Assembly (NCBI RefSeq): GCF_036321535.1
Contig: NC_087437.1
Coordinates: 108,812,001-108,876,000, forward strand
Source: Camelus dromedarius
Taxonomy: Eukaryota
Direction: 5' to 3'
DNA length: 64,000 nt
Below the pieces are notes generated by a model that saw only the letters and a program-made list of their open reading frames with translations, was not told the origin of the DNA and searched no databases. Shown piece by piece: positions 11,471-25,188 of this stretch. Made by a program: the position numbers and the translations under genes. Within the stretch, counting starts at the first letter, position 1. Each line of letters starts with the position of its first letter.

Positions 11471-14172
11471 GTCACCTAACCAATTCAGTGCTCCTAGGGT
11501 AGGACAGCTCTATTCAAAACTTGAAAGCCGTGTTTAAGTCCTGCTGACAGTGTTTCACAAACGCTTGCATTTTTAATGGAACCCAACAGTCATGGGAAAA
11601 CTAGGAGGGCAGAGAGGGAAGAGAACTGGGTTAATTTGAGAGCCGGCAAGACCAGCTTTGATTTAAATTTTGTGTGGAGTCCTATAAAGAGTAATTTGGT
11701 TAATAAGGTAATGTTCATCTGGAGTCTCCTGAAAAATTCAGTAGATTTGTTGATGTTTTATAGCTGATGGTCCTCACAGTACTCTCTTATCACGACTCAT
11801 TAGATGTCCTTTATAGTTGTCAAAAATTTATTGGAGCTTTTTGCACATCATTGAAGCAACCCCCTCCCCTGCTGTCCTCTGCCTGCAGCAATTACAGTTC
11901 GTCTTTCAAGTTTTCCTTTGGAGTCTGGGCTGCTGCAGTCCTCAAACCAGATTTGCTAGTGCTGTCTTCACTACTGCAGATTTCTTCATTATTAACCCTT
12001 TTCTTTTTCACCGGAACTTGTGTGCTTCATTCTTATGTACCTACCTTTGCACCTTGTAATCATCCTTTATGCTTCAGGTACTATTCTCTTTTTCTATTTC
12101 AATGCAACTATTTATTTCTTGGTCTCCTATATACTAACATTATGCTAGATGCTGTAGGCAATTCAGATGTAATGCCTAAAACCATTTCTTTCTTCTAGAA
12201 CTTTAGATTCTAGTCTAGATAGAGAAATAACATGTATCCAGGTTAAAAAGTTAAAAAGCAGTCCGTTAATCTATCTGATTAGGGTGCAAGAATAGTGTAC
12301 ACTACAAACGCTGGGAAAGTTCAGTTGAGAGGTTCATTTAGAGTAGAATGGTTGTCCGAGGCTCCATTGAAATGAAAATCTTGGAGGATTGGGAAGTTTT
12401 GGATAGATGGAAAGAGAGAACTCCCAGCTAGAGATCAAAGGCACAGAGGTGAGGAAGGCAAGATGTTTCGGAGTAGAGGATACCGAAGAGACTGGCTTGA
12501 TTCTGTCTTGTAACTGAAAGATCTGCGTTTTAGTTTCACCTCTGCCACCATGTGATCTTTCATCATTTTGTTTCTGAGTTTCCTTCTTGAGCAAAATACT
12601 CCAGTTAAAGGGTTTTGTGAAAATCAGATGGGATAATGTTTTGAAAGGGCTTTGAAGACCGGAAGGATCATATAATTACTTAAACTTTAGTGGTTCTTTG
12701 TTGAGAAGTAATGAAAGTCAGGATTACTAGAGCACTGGGGATAATTTCTAAGGGACCATGAGTGCACAGCACAGGAGGGTGGGCTGATAAACAGTTAAAT
12801 CCTTTGAATCAAGAGAGTGATGTGATGAAAATGGCGTTATTGGAAGGCATGTCTGGTATTGGAATGCAGCACAGATTAGAGGGAGTTGGATGGAGGCAAG
12901 AACTTGGGTGTAGTTCTTTTCCCCTAAAATCTGCAATTCTAGATAAGGTAAGTTATGTTAAATATTATTTTAGGGTGAGAAAAGTACATAAAATATACCC
13001 TCACTTTATATATACCCATATAGTTCTGTTATTTTGTTAGAAGTTCATTCATTTATTTTATAAATGTGGAAACTTGTTACATTTTATATTATCTTTGGAA
13101 AGGTCATCAGTTATTTGCTTTGGCACTCATTTTTCATACCAACCTTTTGGAATTACCTCTAATTACATTAACCCAGTAGGAGCTAAAGGAGGAATAGTTC
13201 TAAGACTCTAAGCCAGGGCAGGATCACAGTTAATTGGGAAGTGTTTAAAAAACATGTCCCAGATCCTACTTTCCACTTATGCAATCAGAATTTTAATAAG
13301 CATCTCAGGTAAAATAATTATTATACTCATTTAAATGATTCTGACACTAAGTTATTCTAATGTATGTAAAATAGAACTTACAAAATCATTATTAAAGTTA
13401 GGTAGATCTGTATGTACTTCAGTATTTTTCATGTTTTCTAATATTGAATTGTTGACTAAAGAGATGAAGATTTGGTAGGCAGCTAGATTTGTCATAGTCT
13501 TCTAAACTGATTTAGGCAAATGTAATAATGTAAATGGATGAGAATGCAGATATAATCAGTTTTCAGCTAATATCCTTAGGAAATCCTGGTGTGGAAAATG
13601 CAGAGCAGTGAATCACTTTTAATATTTGGCTTTGAAATTATTTTGTAAATTTTCTTACTCCCTCTGGGAGATTGTTTTCAGACTTATTTTAAGTTTTCTT
13701 TGAGAAATTATCAGTCTAATTGCATTGCCTGCAAGAGCTAGGAAAGATAGCTAGAAGAAAGGGAAATTATCTTAACTTTCAAAGTGCCACCACCATTCCA
13801 CATCTGTGTAGTGAGAAGTTGAATCCCTTAGTGTAAAGTACTGAGACTTGAGATCTGTATGAGAAGACGTAGGTTCTTTCCTGACCTATACGTTTATTGA
13901 AACCTCTTAAGCTTACTAAGAATCAGCTTTCTAAGCGATGAAAAACAAAAGTAATACTCTCCTATCCACTTCTGAGTTCTCATTGAAAATAGATGATACA
14001 TGTAAATGGTCTTTATAATTTATAAAGTACGATAGACCCACAGAGTATATGTGATTAGTTATATTACTTTCTCCTACAGAACTGTAAAACATACTTTTTT
14101 TTTGTCAAGCTAACTTTATCTTGTTTTCTAGATTGTTATTTTGTGTCAGTAAGTAATCCATAAAGTGCCAAC

Positions 14173-14233
14173 ATGGGAAAGAAACGGACAAAGGGAAAAA
14201 CTGTTCCAATTGATGATTCTTCTGAATCTTTAG
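14173..14233 (+). CDS. USP16: USP16 first coding exon (exon 2; exon begins 14132)
   Basis: GCCAACATGG Kozak context; MGKKRTKGKTVPIDDSSESL(E); GT at 14234. Confidence 0.95.
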
Positions 14234-15892
14234 GTATATTTCACCAATTAAATCTTTCATGTTTGTATCCCTAAATGGGCATATACTTTAATATGTAAAA
14301 ATGGGATCAAAGTGTACATTATTGTTCTGTAATTTGCATTTTAAATGTTTGTATTGCTATGTCATTTAATAGTTTTTATAACATTTTTAACAGCATGATA
14401 TTTATTCCATTGATGTAAAAGACCATCGGTGCATATTTCATGATTTATTTAGGTAATCCCCTACTGTTAAAAACTTAGGTGATTTTTAACTTTTCAGTGT
14501 CATGAATGGAGTGATGGTAAACATTTTTGTAGCTACAACTCTGTGCACGTTCAGTTATCTTTTTGGTAGAGATCTTAGAATTAGAATTGCTGAATTAAAT
14601 GATATAAATATTTTCAAGGCTTTTTTGGATCTATCAAGCAAATTGCCCTTCAGAAATGTTTTACTAATTTACAGGGCTCTTAGCAGCATAACAAAGTGCC
14701 CATTTCTCTAAACCTTTATCAACATATGTCAGTATCATTTGTAAAAATCTTTGTTGATTTTGCTAGTTGAAACAGTATTTTCTTTCTTCAGTCTGTGTTT
14801 TTTGGACTACTTACTAGGATTTAGTAGTTTTTCACATGATTTCATCTGCATTTATATTCGAGTTCATTGGATATAAAGCTAATTGTGCTCCTTGATGAAT
14901 TTCTAAACCTCCTGGGGACCTGAAAGAACTGAAGCCCTTTCGAGTGGCTTGCAAAACCCATTATTGACCTGGCCCCAATGGGGTTTTCAGTCTCAGGTCA
15001 AGCTGCTGATTTTTACATGTGTGACTGCCGTTCTGAGCAGACAGTAGGCACTTTTACATTTTACACCTCCATCCCTTTGTTCATGGGATGTGGCCTTTTC
15101 AGATTGTTCTTTATACTATGAAGTCATAGTTTAAAGTGTGAGCTTTGACATCAAAAGACTTGAGTCCAGATTCTGGCATAGCTTCTCAGTAGTTATGTGA
15201 CCTTGGGCACTAAATCTGTGTTTTCTCATCTGTCATTAGGATGGTAGCATCTTCCTTCTAGGGTGGTTGTGTGGTTTAAATGAGATAATGTATGCAAACA
15301 TATAGCACAGTGTTAGTGCTTAATCGATGTGAGAGGTTTTTCTATCTGTTTATACCTTCCAAGACTGTATAGACATTACCTCCCCTGTGAAACTTGCGTT
15401 GACTTTAGCCTTCTCTCCTGAGGCTGCTATAGCACATTTTAGAGATTCTTGTACATTTTTTTCTTTATTTGCCTCTCCTGCCAGAATGTGAGCTGCTCAA
15501 AGGAAGAGCTGTGAGTCAATCACTTTTAGGTTCACTGGCATGTGCCACAGTGCCGGGCCTGCAGTAGTTGTATTGCTGACTGGATGACGGACCTTCTCTA
15601 CAAACCTTTTACAATAAAGAGAATAATAGATCTGGGAAATAGATTGAAGTGAATTTGGGGTGGTGGTTGCTGTACCTAGGACTTCAAAAAAACAAACTTT
15701 CAAATTTATATAAAATCTCTTTCTCACATAGTCTCATAATCAAATATCAAAAATTTGTAAGTTTTCAGATTACCTAACAATTTGTTTATAGAATAAATTT
15801 ATTTTTGAAGTTCAAATCAAGTGTAAGTTTTGAAATGAACTGAAGGAGTTCATATTTTACCTCATATATTCCTTTATTATTTGTTTTGATAG

Positions 15893-16071
15893 AACCTATG
15901 TGCAGACACATCAGAAAAGGATTGGAACAAGGTAATTTGAAAAAGGCTTTAGTGAATGTGGAATGGAATATTTGCCAAGACTGTAAGACGGACAATAAAA
16001 TAAAAGATAGATCTGAAGAAGAACCGGAAGAAAATCCTTCAGTTTGGCTGTGTCTTAAATGTGGCCATCAG
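15893..16071 (+). CDS. USP16: USP16 exon 3 (ZnF-UBP)
   Basis: AG/GT flanks; [30 protein letters not shown]...WLCLKCGHQ. Confidence 0.95.
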
Positions 16072-16159
16072 GTATGCATAGATTTTTATTGATACGGGAG
16101 TTTATTAAACTCCTTGAACTTATTTTAGAAGACACTACCTAAAAGAACAGTATGGGTGA

Positions 16160-16595
16160 CCAGAATGTCAGCATAGGTCCTGTTTCCTGGGGAGCAGATT
16201 CTGAGACTGAGATCTGTGTGTGGATGCTTTACTGGGGAGTGTTCTCAGTACCACACCAGGAAAACAGTGTGGGAAGCAGGCTTAGACACAGGGAGAGCAA
16301 AGAGGCAGTGCTGTGAGGCTTCAGCTGATCCCTCAGTGAACTCTGACCTTCAGAGACATCTTGAATTGAGGCAAGGGGCCCGGCCTTTGCACCTGTGCGT
16401 AGACCAGTCATTGGTTGTGGGATCTTCCTGGGGAGGAGTAATCTTGGGCAAGGCAGCTTCCTTCCACTGAGGATAATTCCTGGGGATGGACAGACCTCGC
16501 TGTGAGCTGTCACTGGGCCACATTCCTGGCAGCTGGAGAAATGAATACCTTAGGGGGGTGGGGTGGAGTGGTATCTGGGTTACAGAACAGTTCAC
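16160..16595. mobile_element. Old mammalian LTR remnant (family uncertain)
   Basis: cctggggagcagattctgagactgagat...tttactggggagtgttctc...gaggcaaggggcccggcctttg resembles recalled ancient LTR consensus. Confidence 0.45.
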
Positions 16596-16699
16596 AGGTA
16601 TTGCCATGGTGCTAAAGGTCAGGGCCTCTTTGTCAACCTTAGTGGTGGTTAAGTTAAGTTTATCTGCTCAGAAACTGGGCTGTTAGGCAGTGGTAACGT

Positions 16700-17530
16700 T
16701 TTATAAAACTATAGTTTAATATAGGATATCAACAGCCAGGATATTAACATTGTTACAATTCATCAGTCTTAATCAGAGCTCCCCAGTTTTACTTCTCTTC
16801 ATTAGTGTGTGGGGATATGTGTGTTGTGCATGTGCGTATGTGTATGTTAAGTTCTGCTCAGTTTGTTGCCTTTGTAGATTTGTCTGTCCACCACCTCAAT
16901 CAGGATACTGAGTAGTTCCAGCATCACATGGATCCCTTGTGTTGCCTTTTTACAGTCATGCCCACTTCTCTACTGCCATTCCTCCCCCTATCCCCTTGCA
17001 ACCACTAATCTGTTTTCTAGTTCTAAAATTTTGTCATTTCAAAAATGTTATGTAAATGGAGTCATGCTGTATACAACATTTTGAGATTGGCTTTTTTCAC
17101 TTAGCATAATCACCTGAAGGTTCATCCAAGTCATGCGTATTAGTAGTTTGTTCTTTTTGATTGCTGAGTAGTATTCCATGGTTTAGGTGTACCACAGTTT
17201 AACTGTTCACCTGTTGAAGAACATCTGGGTTTATCCCATTTTTTGGCGATTATGAATAAAGCTGCTATGAACATTTGTATACAAGTTTTTGTGTGAACTT
17301 AAGATTTCATTTCTCTGGGGAAAATGTCCAAGAATGCAGTTGCTGGGTAATGTGATAATTAAATGTTTAGTTTTTAAGAAACTCCCAAACTTTTCCAGAG
17401 TGGCTGTACGATTTTATATTCCTAACAGTAGTGTGTGAGTGATACACTTTCTCTGCATCCTTGTCAGCATTTAGTATTGTCATAATTTTTTATTTTAACC
17501 ATCCCAACAAGTGATATGTCATTGTGGTCA
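16700..17530 (-). mobile_element. L1 3'-end fragment (L1M-type)
   Basis: caaccactaatctgttttct, ttttcacttagcataat, ttgctgagtagtattccatgg, gctgctatgaacatttgt, ttccagagtggctgtac. Confidence 0.75.
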
Positions 17531-18774
17531 GACAGTTAAAAAATTTATATGTTAGCAAAGAACATATTTATTGTTTATTTGTATTTGAAAAGTTTCATTG
17601 AATCTGTTAAAAAATATATATGGTGGGCATGAGTATATTTTGCTATTTCAGATTTTCCACAGTACATTTCCTATTATAAATTTTATTTATTTTGCTAGCT
17701 TTTTAATTCTTAAGGGTAAGATGGTGTCAATATTCACTGTTAACTTTTGGCCCAGTAGAGTTTTGTTTTGTACTGTTAGCAAGGGATTCTCAACTGTTGT
17801 CTTAAGATAACTCATCTCATTTTTAAGTTTCAAATGATGTTATAATTTTTAAAGTGAACATGAAATTTAAACTCATTTATTTCAGAATTAAAATGTTGAG
17901 TAGGATAAATTAAATCAGTAGTTTTGATATCATAGTTAAATGATTAACAGCCATTGATCTATGTTTAGTAGTTACAGTTGAAACAGGACCACTTATTGTA
18001 GTGTCAGTCACCCAAGGGAGTTGGTGGCCTGGTTCAGATAGATACACAGTGAAGATATATTTCTTAGCAGTGATTTAATCAGCTGGAGGCAGACAGTCTG
18101 GTCATGTTTTTTTTCGAATATGCCTATGCATTTTGTAGGTGAAGATCTCCCATTTACTCATTCAGTTAATGCTTATTGACCTCCTTCAATTTGCTAGATT
18201 TTTTGGTAATAGATTAATTCTATTTTTCATGCCTTCAGGATTACAGTCCAGGGGAGAGAGGATATCAGCATTAACAGCTTACTATCAGGTAGAAAATAAG
18301 GAATGCCACCAGGAGTTTACATCATGTTCTGTAGAAGTTTGTTTACAGGAAGGATACAGTGTTTTCTCATCTGGGAGGATAAGCATAGGCTTCTGAGAGG
18401 AAGTGGCCTTGGAACAAGGTCTTGAAGACTGGGTGGGATTTGATCAGTGGCAAAATACTTAGGAAGATGTTAAGGAGTCCAAACTAGCCCTAGTGAATGA
18501 CTGCATTCGCATGGTCTAGTTGGGACTTGAAAGGACACGGTGGAGAGGAAGAATACTTTTAGTGCATGATTTTCCAAATACTTTCTTCCTTAGGTATCCT
18601 CTGTTGCCTATTCATATCTAAGTTTTAACAAAATCTGGGCTCTCTAGAGTCTAAAATTTTATTTTCAAAATTCTAAGAATGGCAGAATATCTTGAGCCAC
18701 TTGTTCATTATAGATTATGAATTCTCTTCTGGTGAATTTTTGTGGCTTTGAGGTTTATGATTATGATTCTCTAG

Positions 18775-18878
18775 GGCTGCGGCAGAAATTCTCAGGAGCA
18801 GCATGCCTTGAAGCATTATATGACGCCAAGATCTGAACCCCATTGTCTGGTTCTTAGTTTGGACAACTGGAGTGTATG
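18775..18878 (+). CDS. USP16: USP16 exon 4 (ZnF-UBP)
   Basis: AG/GT flanks; [34 protein letters not shown](W). Confidence 0.95.
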
Positions 18879-19664
18879 GTGAGTTTTAACTCCTGTGCCA
18901 TTTACTGGAAGTTATTTGAAATATTGGAGAATGGAGGTGTTTGAAATGCTTAAGGAGCAGAGAAGTTAAAATTTTTGTAGTATTTGTTTAAATATGATCA
19001 TTTTCAGAAGACTAGAGAGTGTGATGTTATGAGAAGCTTTTGCTGAGTGTTGTACAGACACAAAAGTTGTAGCTCATGGAAGACTTAGGAATTTTCATCT
19101 TTTTTCTTGTTTGTGATATTACAAAGCATTTGGTAGATTGTTTTTAGTTTTAACATTAGAACACCAAGCTTAAATTCTAGATAAACAGAATATAGAAAAT
19201 TTTCGCAGTGGATTTGCATGAAAATAAATATCAGATTCATATGTATGTTTCCTGTTTCTTAACGTTAAAATAAAATTTTACATCTTTAAAAACCATTTAC
19301 ACAGCACTGTTCGCTGAACATCATTTGTTAATTACGATGATATAGCTCCGTATTTTGAAATACGTCTAGAAAAACCTTTGACTTTAATGTTATAAATAGC
19401 TGTTTCAGTAGCTGTTTGGAGTTTTTCCACAGTATTTATATGTAGCCATATATGCTTAGCCATAATTTGGGCTAACCTTATTTAATGGTAAACCAGAATT
19501 AATGTGGATATAGTCTTCTTCAAGAAAACATAAACTTTTTATTTTCAGTTTCTCTAGTAGAATAATTTAAGAGTTACACACTTTGGGTTCCATAAATTAA
19601 AATTTGTTCCATTTTGTGGTTGTCAGTTTGTCACTTTTCTTCTCTGGGATCTTTTGGGTCACAG

Positions 19665-19768
19665 GTGTTACATATGTGATGATGAGGTCCAGTATTGTAA
19701 TTCAAACCGGTTGGGTCAGGTGGTTGATTATGTTAGAAAACAAGCCAGTATTACAGCTCCAAAATCAG
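19665..19768 (+). CDS. USP16: USP16 exon 5
   Basis: AG/GT flanks; CYICDDEVQYCNSNRLGQVVDYVRKQASITAPKS. Confidence 0.93.
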
Positions 19769-20668
19769 GTAAAATCATTTGTTTCTTAGTATATACTATA
19801 ATGTTGATTTGTGTAATCCACTGATGTTTAGATTGGTATATGATAGCATTATATATAGCTGAATAATGTTACTTATGGTTGATTTCAAACTATGAAAAGT
19901 ATTTTTGGTTAGGAAAGTAAAACAGTGAGAATATAGATAATTATAAGGAGTTAGAATTAGAAGGGAATCTGAGAAATAATACAGTCAAAGGTGATGAAAA
20001 GTCTGGACTAAGTAGTGGGTAGTAATGCCCTGGTCCCATACCCTGGCACAGGAGCTGAAGGGAGACCTGCTTATAATGAGTTTACTTGGTTACATTTGTT
20101 TGGATGATGTAAAGTGCTTGTACTGCCTTCAGAAGGCCAGATACTTCTCAGAGTATTTTTCATACGTAATTAAATTAATGGGGTTGGTTTTCATCATCTG
20201 GTTTGAGAACTTGTTTAGATTTTTACAGTCACAGAGGTATTGTTTACAGAGCCAGAATTGTTTGTTACTAACTTCAGGATGGGTTTTTGACTCTCACACC
20301 TCATTTAGAAATTCATTTCATGTCCACATTCTTTATTTGATTGCTTTGTACTCTGATTCACAGGGTAAGATATGCTCATTTGTTAAAAAAAAAACTTTTA
20401 TAAGAAAGGGATTTATACTGAAACATACACTGTTTGGTTTCATTCATCAAAGTAATGCTTACATCAGTTCTGAATATTCTTTGTTTATTGATTTTTCTCT
20501 CGACAGTAATTTACTTCTATTTATAAGAAAACACTTAAAATCAGACAGGTGGCAAATAATGATATTAGGTGAAATTCACAAATTCTAGTCCCAGGTATAA
20601 CTTTACATTTGGCATGGCTTTGTTACACATTTTTACAAATCTTTCCTTTTTCTTCTTTTTTTAAAAAG

Positions 20669-20856
20669 CAGCAAAAGATAATGGTAACATTGAACTTGAA
20701 AATAAAAAACTAGAAAAGGAGAGTAAAAATGAGCAAGAAAGAGAAAAAAAGGAAAACATGGCTAAAGAAAATCCTTCCATGAATTCTACTTCCCAAATAA
20801 CTGTGAAAGGACTCAGTAATTTGGGAAATACATGTTTCTTCAATGCAGTTATGCAG
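20669..20856 (+). CDS. USP16: USP16 exon 6 (Cys box)
   Basis: NAGNAG acceptor (20669 or 20672); ...TVKGLSNLGNTCFFNAVMQ with catalytic Cys TGT at 20833-20835. Confidence 0.95.
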
Positions 20857-21428
20857 GTGCCAGTGTTAATTTTTTTCCCCTTTAAAAAAAAATCGAGTGT
20901 ATTTCTTGTATTATTATGTACTTTTGCATGTTTGTTACTTAAAGTATTGAGTTCCCCCCATCCCCAAAGTGATTTACTTCTATGTCTTTAAAGAAAACTC
21001 AAGGGAATGTTTACATGACAGTAAAACACTGCTGAGCACTGGGGTGCAGTAGAGCTCAAAACAAACATGGCCTCTGCTCTCATAGAACTTTCCCTTGTGT
21101 GGCGGGAACACAGGAGAATGGAGTCCAGAAACAAATACCTTGTTACAAGTGGTGATAAGTGGTGGTGGTGGTGGGACAGCAGCTTCATATTGGGTGGTTG
21201 GGAGAACGCCCTTCTGATGTGACGAATAAGCTCAGAACTGAAGTATTCATGAGCCAAATAGAGTGGGGAGAAAAGCACATCATTACTTTTTGTTTCCCAA
21301 GACATATATAATAAAAGTTGCAGTGCTGAGAGAGATTTTCTGTTTTGGTAGAATAGACACTTGAGAACTATAGATGAATTGATTTGCCTTTAAATAATTC
21401 CCCCTTTCTTTTCCATCCTACATTCCAG

Positions 21429-21524
21429 AATTTGTCACAAACACCAGTGCTTCGAGAACTGCTAAAAGAAGTAAAAATGTCTGGAACAATTGTAAAAATT
21501 GAACCACCTGATTTGGCACTAACA
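21429..21524 (+). CDS. USP16: USP16 exon 7
   Basis: AG/GT flanks; NLSQTPVLRELLKEVKMSGTIVKIEPPDLALT. Confidence 0.95.
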
Positions 21525-22120
21525 GTATGTACTTTAAAGTTTTTTTTTATAATCAGTACTTTATCTCTCTGAATATCCACATTTTAAATTATTTTGAGAA
21601 TTGGTGCTCATGTTCACCTTTTTTGTTTGTTTCGTTTTACTTTGTTTTAGGCTACCAAGTTAAAGGTATCAGGCTAGAAGGAATTATAAGGGGCCTTTAC
21701 ATTTATGTGCTCTGTGTGTGCCGTGTTCTGCTGTGCTCAAGTGTTTGGCTTCCTTCTTGGGAATGCTGTTGGTATTTGTGAAGCACTAGGCATATCTTAT
21801 TATTTCTAACATCTTCTAAAGTGACTTAAATGCTGTGTAGCCAAGTGAATTTTACCTTAACCATTTTTACTATTTACATTTTGCTTTGACTCTTTCAGTT
21901 CTTAGGTAATAAGTTCCTGCTGATCTAAAACTAAAACAGTAGAACTGAATTCTTTATCAAATAGTCTATGATCAGAAACTCTCCCATCATCTGATGTACA
22001 TTCTGAACTCCTAATTGGGACAGCTCTGTCAGGAACGGTGGCAATATTGGTTGACTGTTACATTTTGATAAATGATTCCAAAATTTGACTGAAGAAAGTA
22101 ATTTTTATTCCCATATTCAG

Positions 22121-22251
22121 GAACCCTTAGAAATAAACCTTGAGCCTCCAGGCCCTCTTACTTTAGCCATGAGCCAGTTTCTTAATGAGATGCAAGAGAC
22201 CAAAAAGGGAATCGTGACACCTAAAGAACTCTTTTCTCAGGTCTGTAAAAA
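22121..22251 (+). CDS. USP16: USP16 exon 8
   Basis: AG/GT flanks; [43 protein letters not shown](K). Confidence 0.95.
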
Positions 22252-22559
22252 GTGAGTATCCACTTTGATTGTGCTTTCAGTGCATCAGTAAGATGCTGAG
22301 CAACAGTATGAAAAAATTAATACTAGAGTCAGTTCATCAGATACAGTAAAACATAGTTTATTTCATTTGGATTTAAAAAATATGTACTTTATGTGAGAAT
22401 TGAATCTGCCAAGGGTGTTGTTGGACTAAACAGAAATTCTGAGAAACTAGAACACTCCGAGATTTGGGATATGATCCTAAGATTTTATTAAAAAAAATAG
22501 TTTCATATTTTAGTAGACTCACCATATTTTTTCTTTTTCATTTTTCCTTTTCCCTGTAG

Positions 22560-22647
22560 AGCTGTGCGGTTTAAAGGCTATCAGCAGCAAGACAGCCAGG
22601 AGCTGCTTCGCTATTTACTGGATGGAATGAGAGCAGAAGAACATCAG
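22560..22647 (+). CDS. USP16: USP16 exon 9 (QQD box)
   Basis: AG/GT flanks; [29 protein letters not shown]. Confidence 0.95.
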
Positions 22648-23689
22648 GTTAGCATATTTTGACCAGTATATTTTATAATCTAATTTTCATTAACTTGTCT
22701 GTCATTTGATGTCTTAAGGGTTATTAAAGCAATGAAAACTAGTTGTTTGAGGCTAATGTATTAAAAAATATTTTTTTTCCTACATCAGCCTTTTCAGCCA
22801 GTATATTTTAATTTAGAATGAATGAAGGGAATTACAAATGATGCTCCTTTTCACGGTGCTCTGCTTTGCTTGATGTTTACAGCGCTACTGTTCTTTAAGG
22901 TTCTTTGTACTGGCCTATACCAGGGGAGCTACGAAGTACTGGAACTGTTTCTCCCAGAGCGATTCCCAGTTGCAGTGCACCTCTCCTCATATTCTGAGTG
23001 TGATTTAGCACTGCTTTTTGATGCTAGGAAGTATTTTTATTTCCTAAGACTCAGGGAATATTTGTTGCATTTTAAAATTTTTGTTAATTGCCAGGATGTA
23101 AAGTAATTTTTTGAGGATGTGGATATATAATTAATAACAGTAATAACATAGTGATAACGATTTATTTTGTTCTGATTTTATGTCAAGCACTGTCCTCAGT
23201 ATGAATTATCTTACTCAGTCCTCACACCCTTTCTAAGGAGTAGATACTGTTACCATTTTCTCACTCCATAGATTCTGAAGTTAGGGTGTAGAGGTTCAGT
23301 ACCTGGTTCAGAGACTCCCAGGACTGATGGAGCTGGCTTTGAGCACCTGTCTCAGTAGCTCTCGTTTAACCACTCTGCTTCTAGGATGTGACATTTCAGT
23401 GGTCTTTCCAGAGGAGCTGGGCATGCTCTGAAAAGCTTTGGTTTGAGTAGGTAAAAATCTTGAAATGATGGGACGGTGACTTTGTTCAGGGGTTAGTGAT
23501 TGTTTTATAGGTATAATTCTTTTTAGCTCCTTGGTTAATTTTGAAAATGTGATTTTTAGAAATATTAATTTTTATTGAGTAATTTTGGAGAGCTAATTCT
23601 TGATCACTTTCTTGACTTGATATTTTCTAAGGAAATTAGCTATAAAATTCAAAATTTAATAGTATATATATCCATTTTATTACTTTTAG

Positions 23690-23768
23690 AGAGTGAGTAA
23701 AGGAATTCTTAAAGCATTTGGTAATTCTACTGAAAAATTGGATGAAGAACTAAAAAATAAAGTTAAAG
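23690..23768 (+). CDS. USP16: USP16 exon 10
   Basis: AG/GT flanks; RVSKGILKAFGNSTEKLDEELKNKVK. Confidence 0.93.
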
Positions 23769-24159
23769 GTAATGTCTGACTTTTTGAACTAAAACACTAT
23801 AGTTGAATTCCTCTGTTCTTTTGGACAAGATTGCTGGCAGATGTATTTCGAATCCACAGTTATTAACATACAGTATCTCTTTATCTCTATTGATTTTAAA
23901 AAATTATTCAGTACTCCAAAGATGAATACTTTAGGAAAAATTTAGCTGTTGGTATATTCTTTTTTATGTAGTATTATGGTGAAAATAGTAAAGATAGCGC
24001 TAAGATAGCATCACAATTTATTTTTCGAAAGCTTAAGACTTTATAATTAGCAGTAGTATGGGAATTACACCTGTCTTTGTGAGTCTTCAGTTGGTTTATT
24101 AATCATGGAGCCAACTTTATTGTTACGAGGCATTTAAAGATTTAGGAAAGTCTGAAGAT

Positions 24160-24355
24160 CTATCCAGTAGGACTTTCTGTGATGATGGACTGCTTCCATA
24201 TCTCTGCTGTACAATACAGGAGCCACATGTGGCTACAAGCCCTTGAAATGTGACTGGTGCAACTGAGGAGCTAAATTTTTATTTCCATCTAATTTTTATT
24301 AATTTAAATTTAAATGGCCACAGTGACTAGTGACTACTGTGCTGTAATGCACAGT
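24160..24355. mobile_element. MER3-like hAT-Charlie element
   Basis: gactttctgtgatgatgga...agccacatgtggcta...cttgaaatgtgactggtgcaactgaggagctaaatttt...aatttaaatttaaat. Confidence 0.65.
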
Positions 24356-25096
24356 TTAGAATCAACACATAGCAACTCTTTGCCTCCTTGTTGCCCTTGG
24401 GGCTGGCCTGGCCATCAGCAGAGAGAATCATGCCTGCTCGCACTGTCTGTTATAAAATGTGTTCCTCATAAATGGACACCTGTCATTTGAATAAAGCTTA
24501 CGGATTTCATGTATTTAGAAAAGTGGGTGACTAGGTAGTACAATTATGTCATCTTAAACTAAACATATCAAGGTTATTTCCAGGAACATAGGAAAATAAA
24601 AGGATTTTGTCTGAAACATTTTCCTGAGGGCTGTTCTGGTTTTTGTTTTGGTTTTGGTTTTGGTTTTTGTTTTTGTTTTGATTTTAAATGGAGTTCAGTC
24701 TTAAGAGTTCACAAAGCAAGTTACTCCCCAGTTTGCTGCCAGTGTTAGAATGTTAGAGCTGGAAGTGAGCTAGAGTATCGTCCAGCCTAGCCCAGTCCGC
24801 TCATCTTACTCATTGAGGTGCTGATATACTTACTGACTAGAGATTAGATAAGAACTTTTTTCTTTTTTATAATATATGATTGTGTTAAATTGTGTTATGC
24901 TCAGAAATAGAGTATATGCTTCTGAAACAGAGCAATAGAGCAGCATAAAAATGAAATTACACTAATTATGAATAGAGACAAATAAGTCAATGGCATAGGA
25001 AATTAAAAATAAAATTTTAGGGTTAGATACATAAGTGAATAATTTTCACTTATTAATTATATAAGAGTAATTGATATACTTCTTTTCTCCTTATAG

Positions 25097-25188
25097 ATTA
25101 TGAAAAGAAAAAATCAGTACCAAGTTTTGTGGACCGAATATTTGGTGGTGAACTGACTAGTACGATCATGTGCGATGAGTGCAGAACT
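25097..25188 (+). CDS. USP16: USP16 exon 11
   Basis: AG/GT flanks; [30 protein letters not shown]. Confidence 0.95.

Noticed and set aside
11155..11537. Cluster of 64-106 aa ORFs on both strands
   Set aside because: By-product of the USP16 CpG island in intron 1
20025..20588. 187-aa intronic ORF in USP16
   Set aside because: AT-rich F/L/I-biased composition, no domain, no fit to the USP16 exon chain
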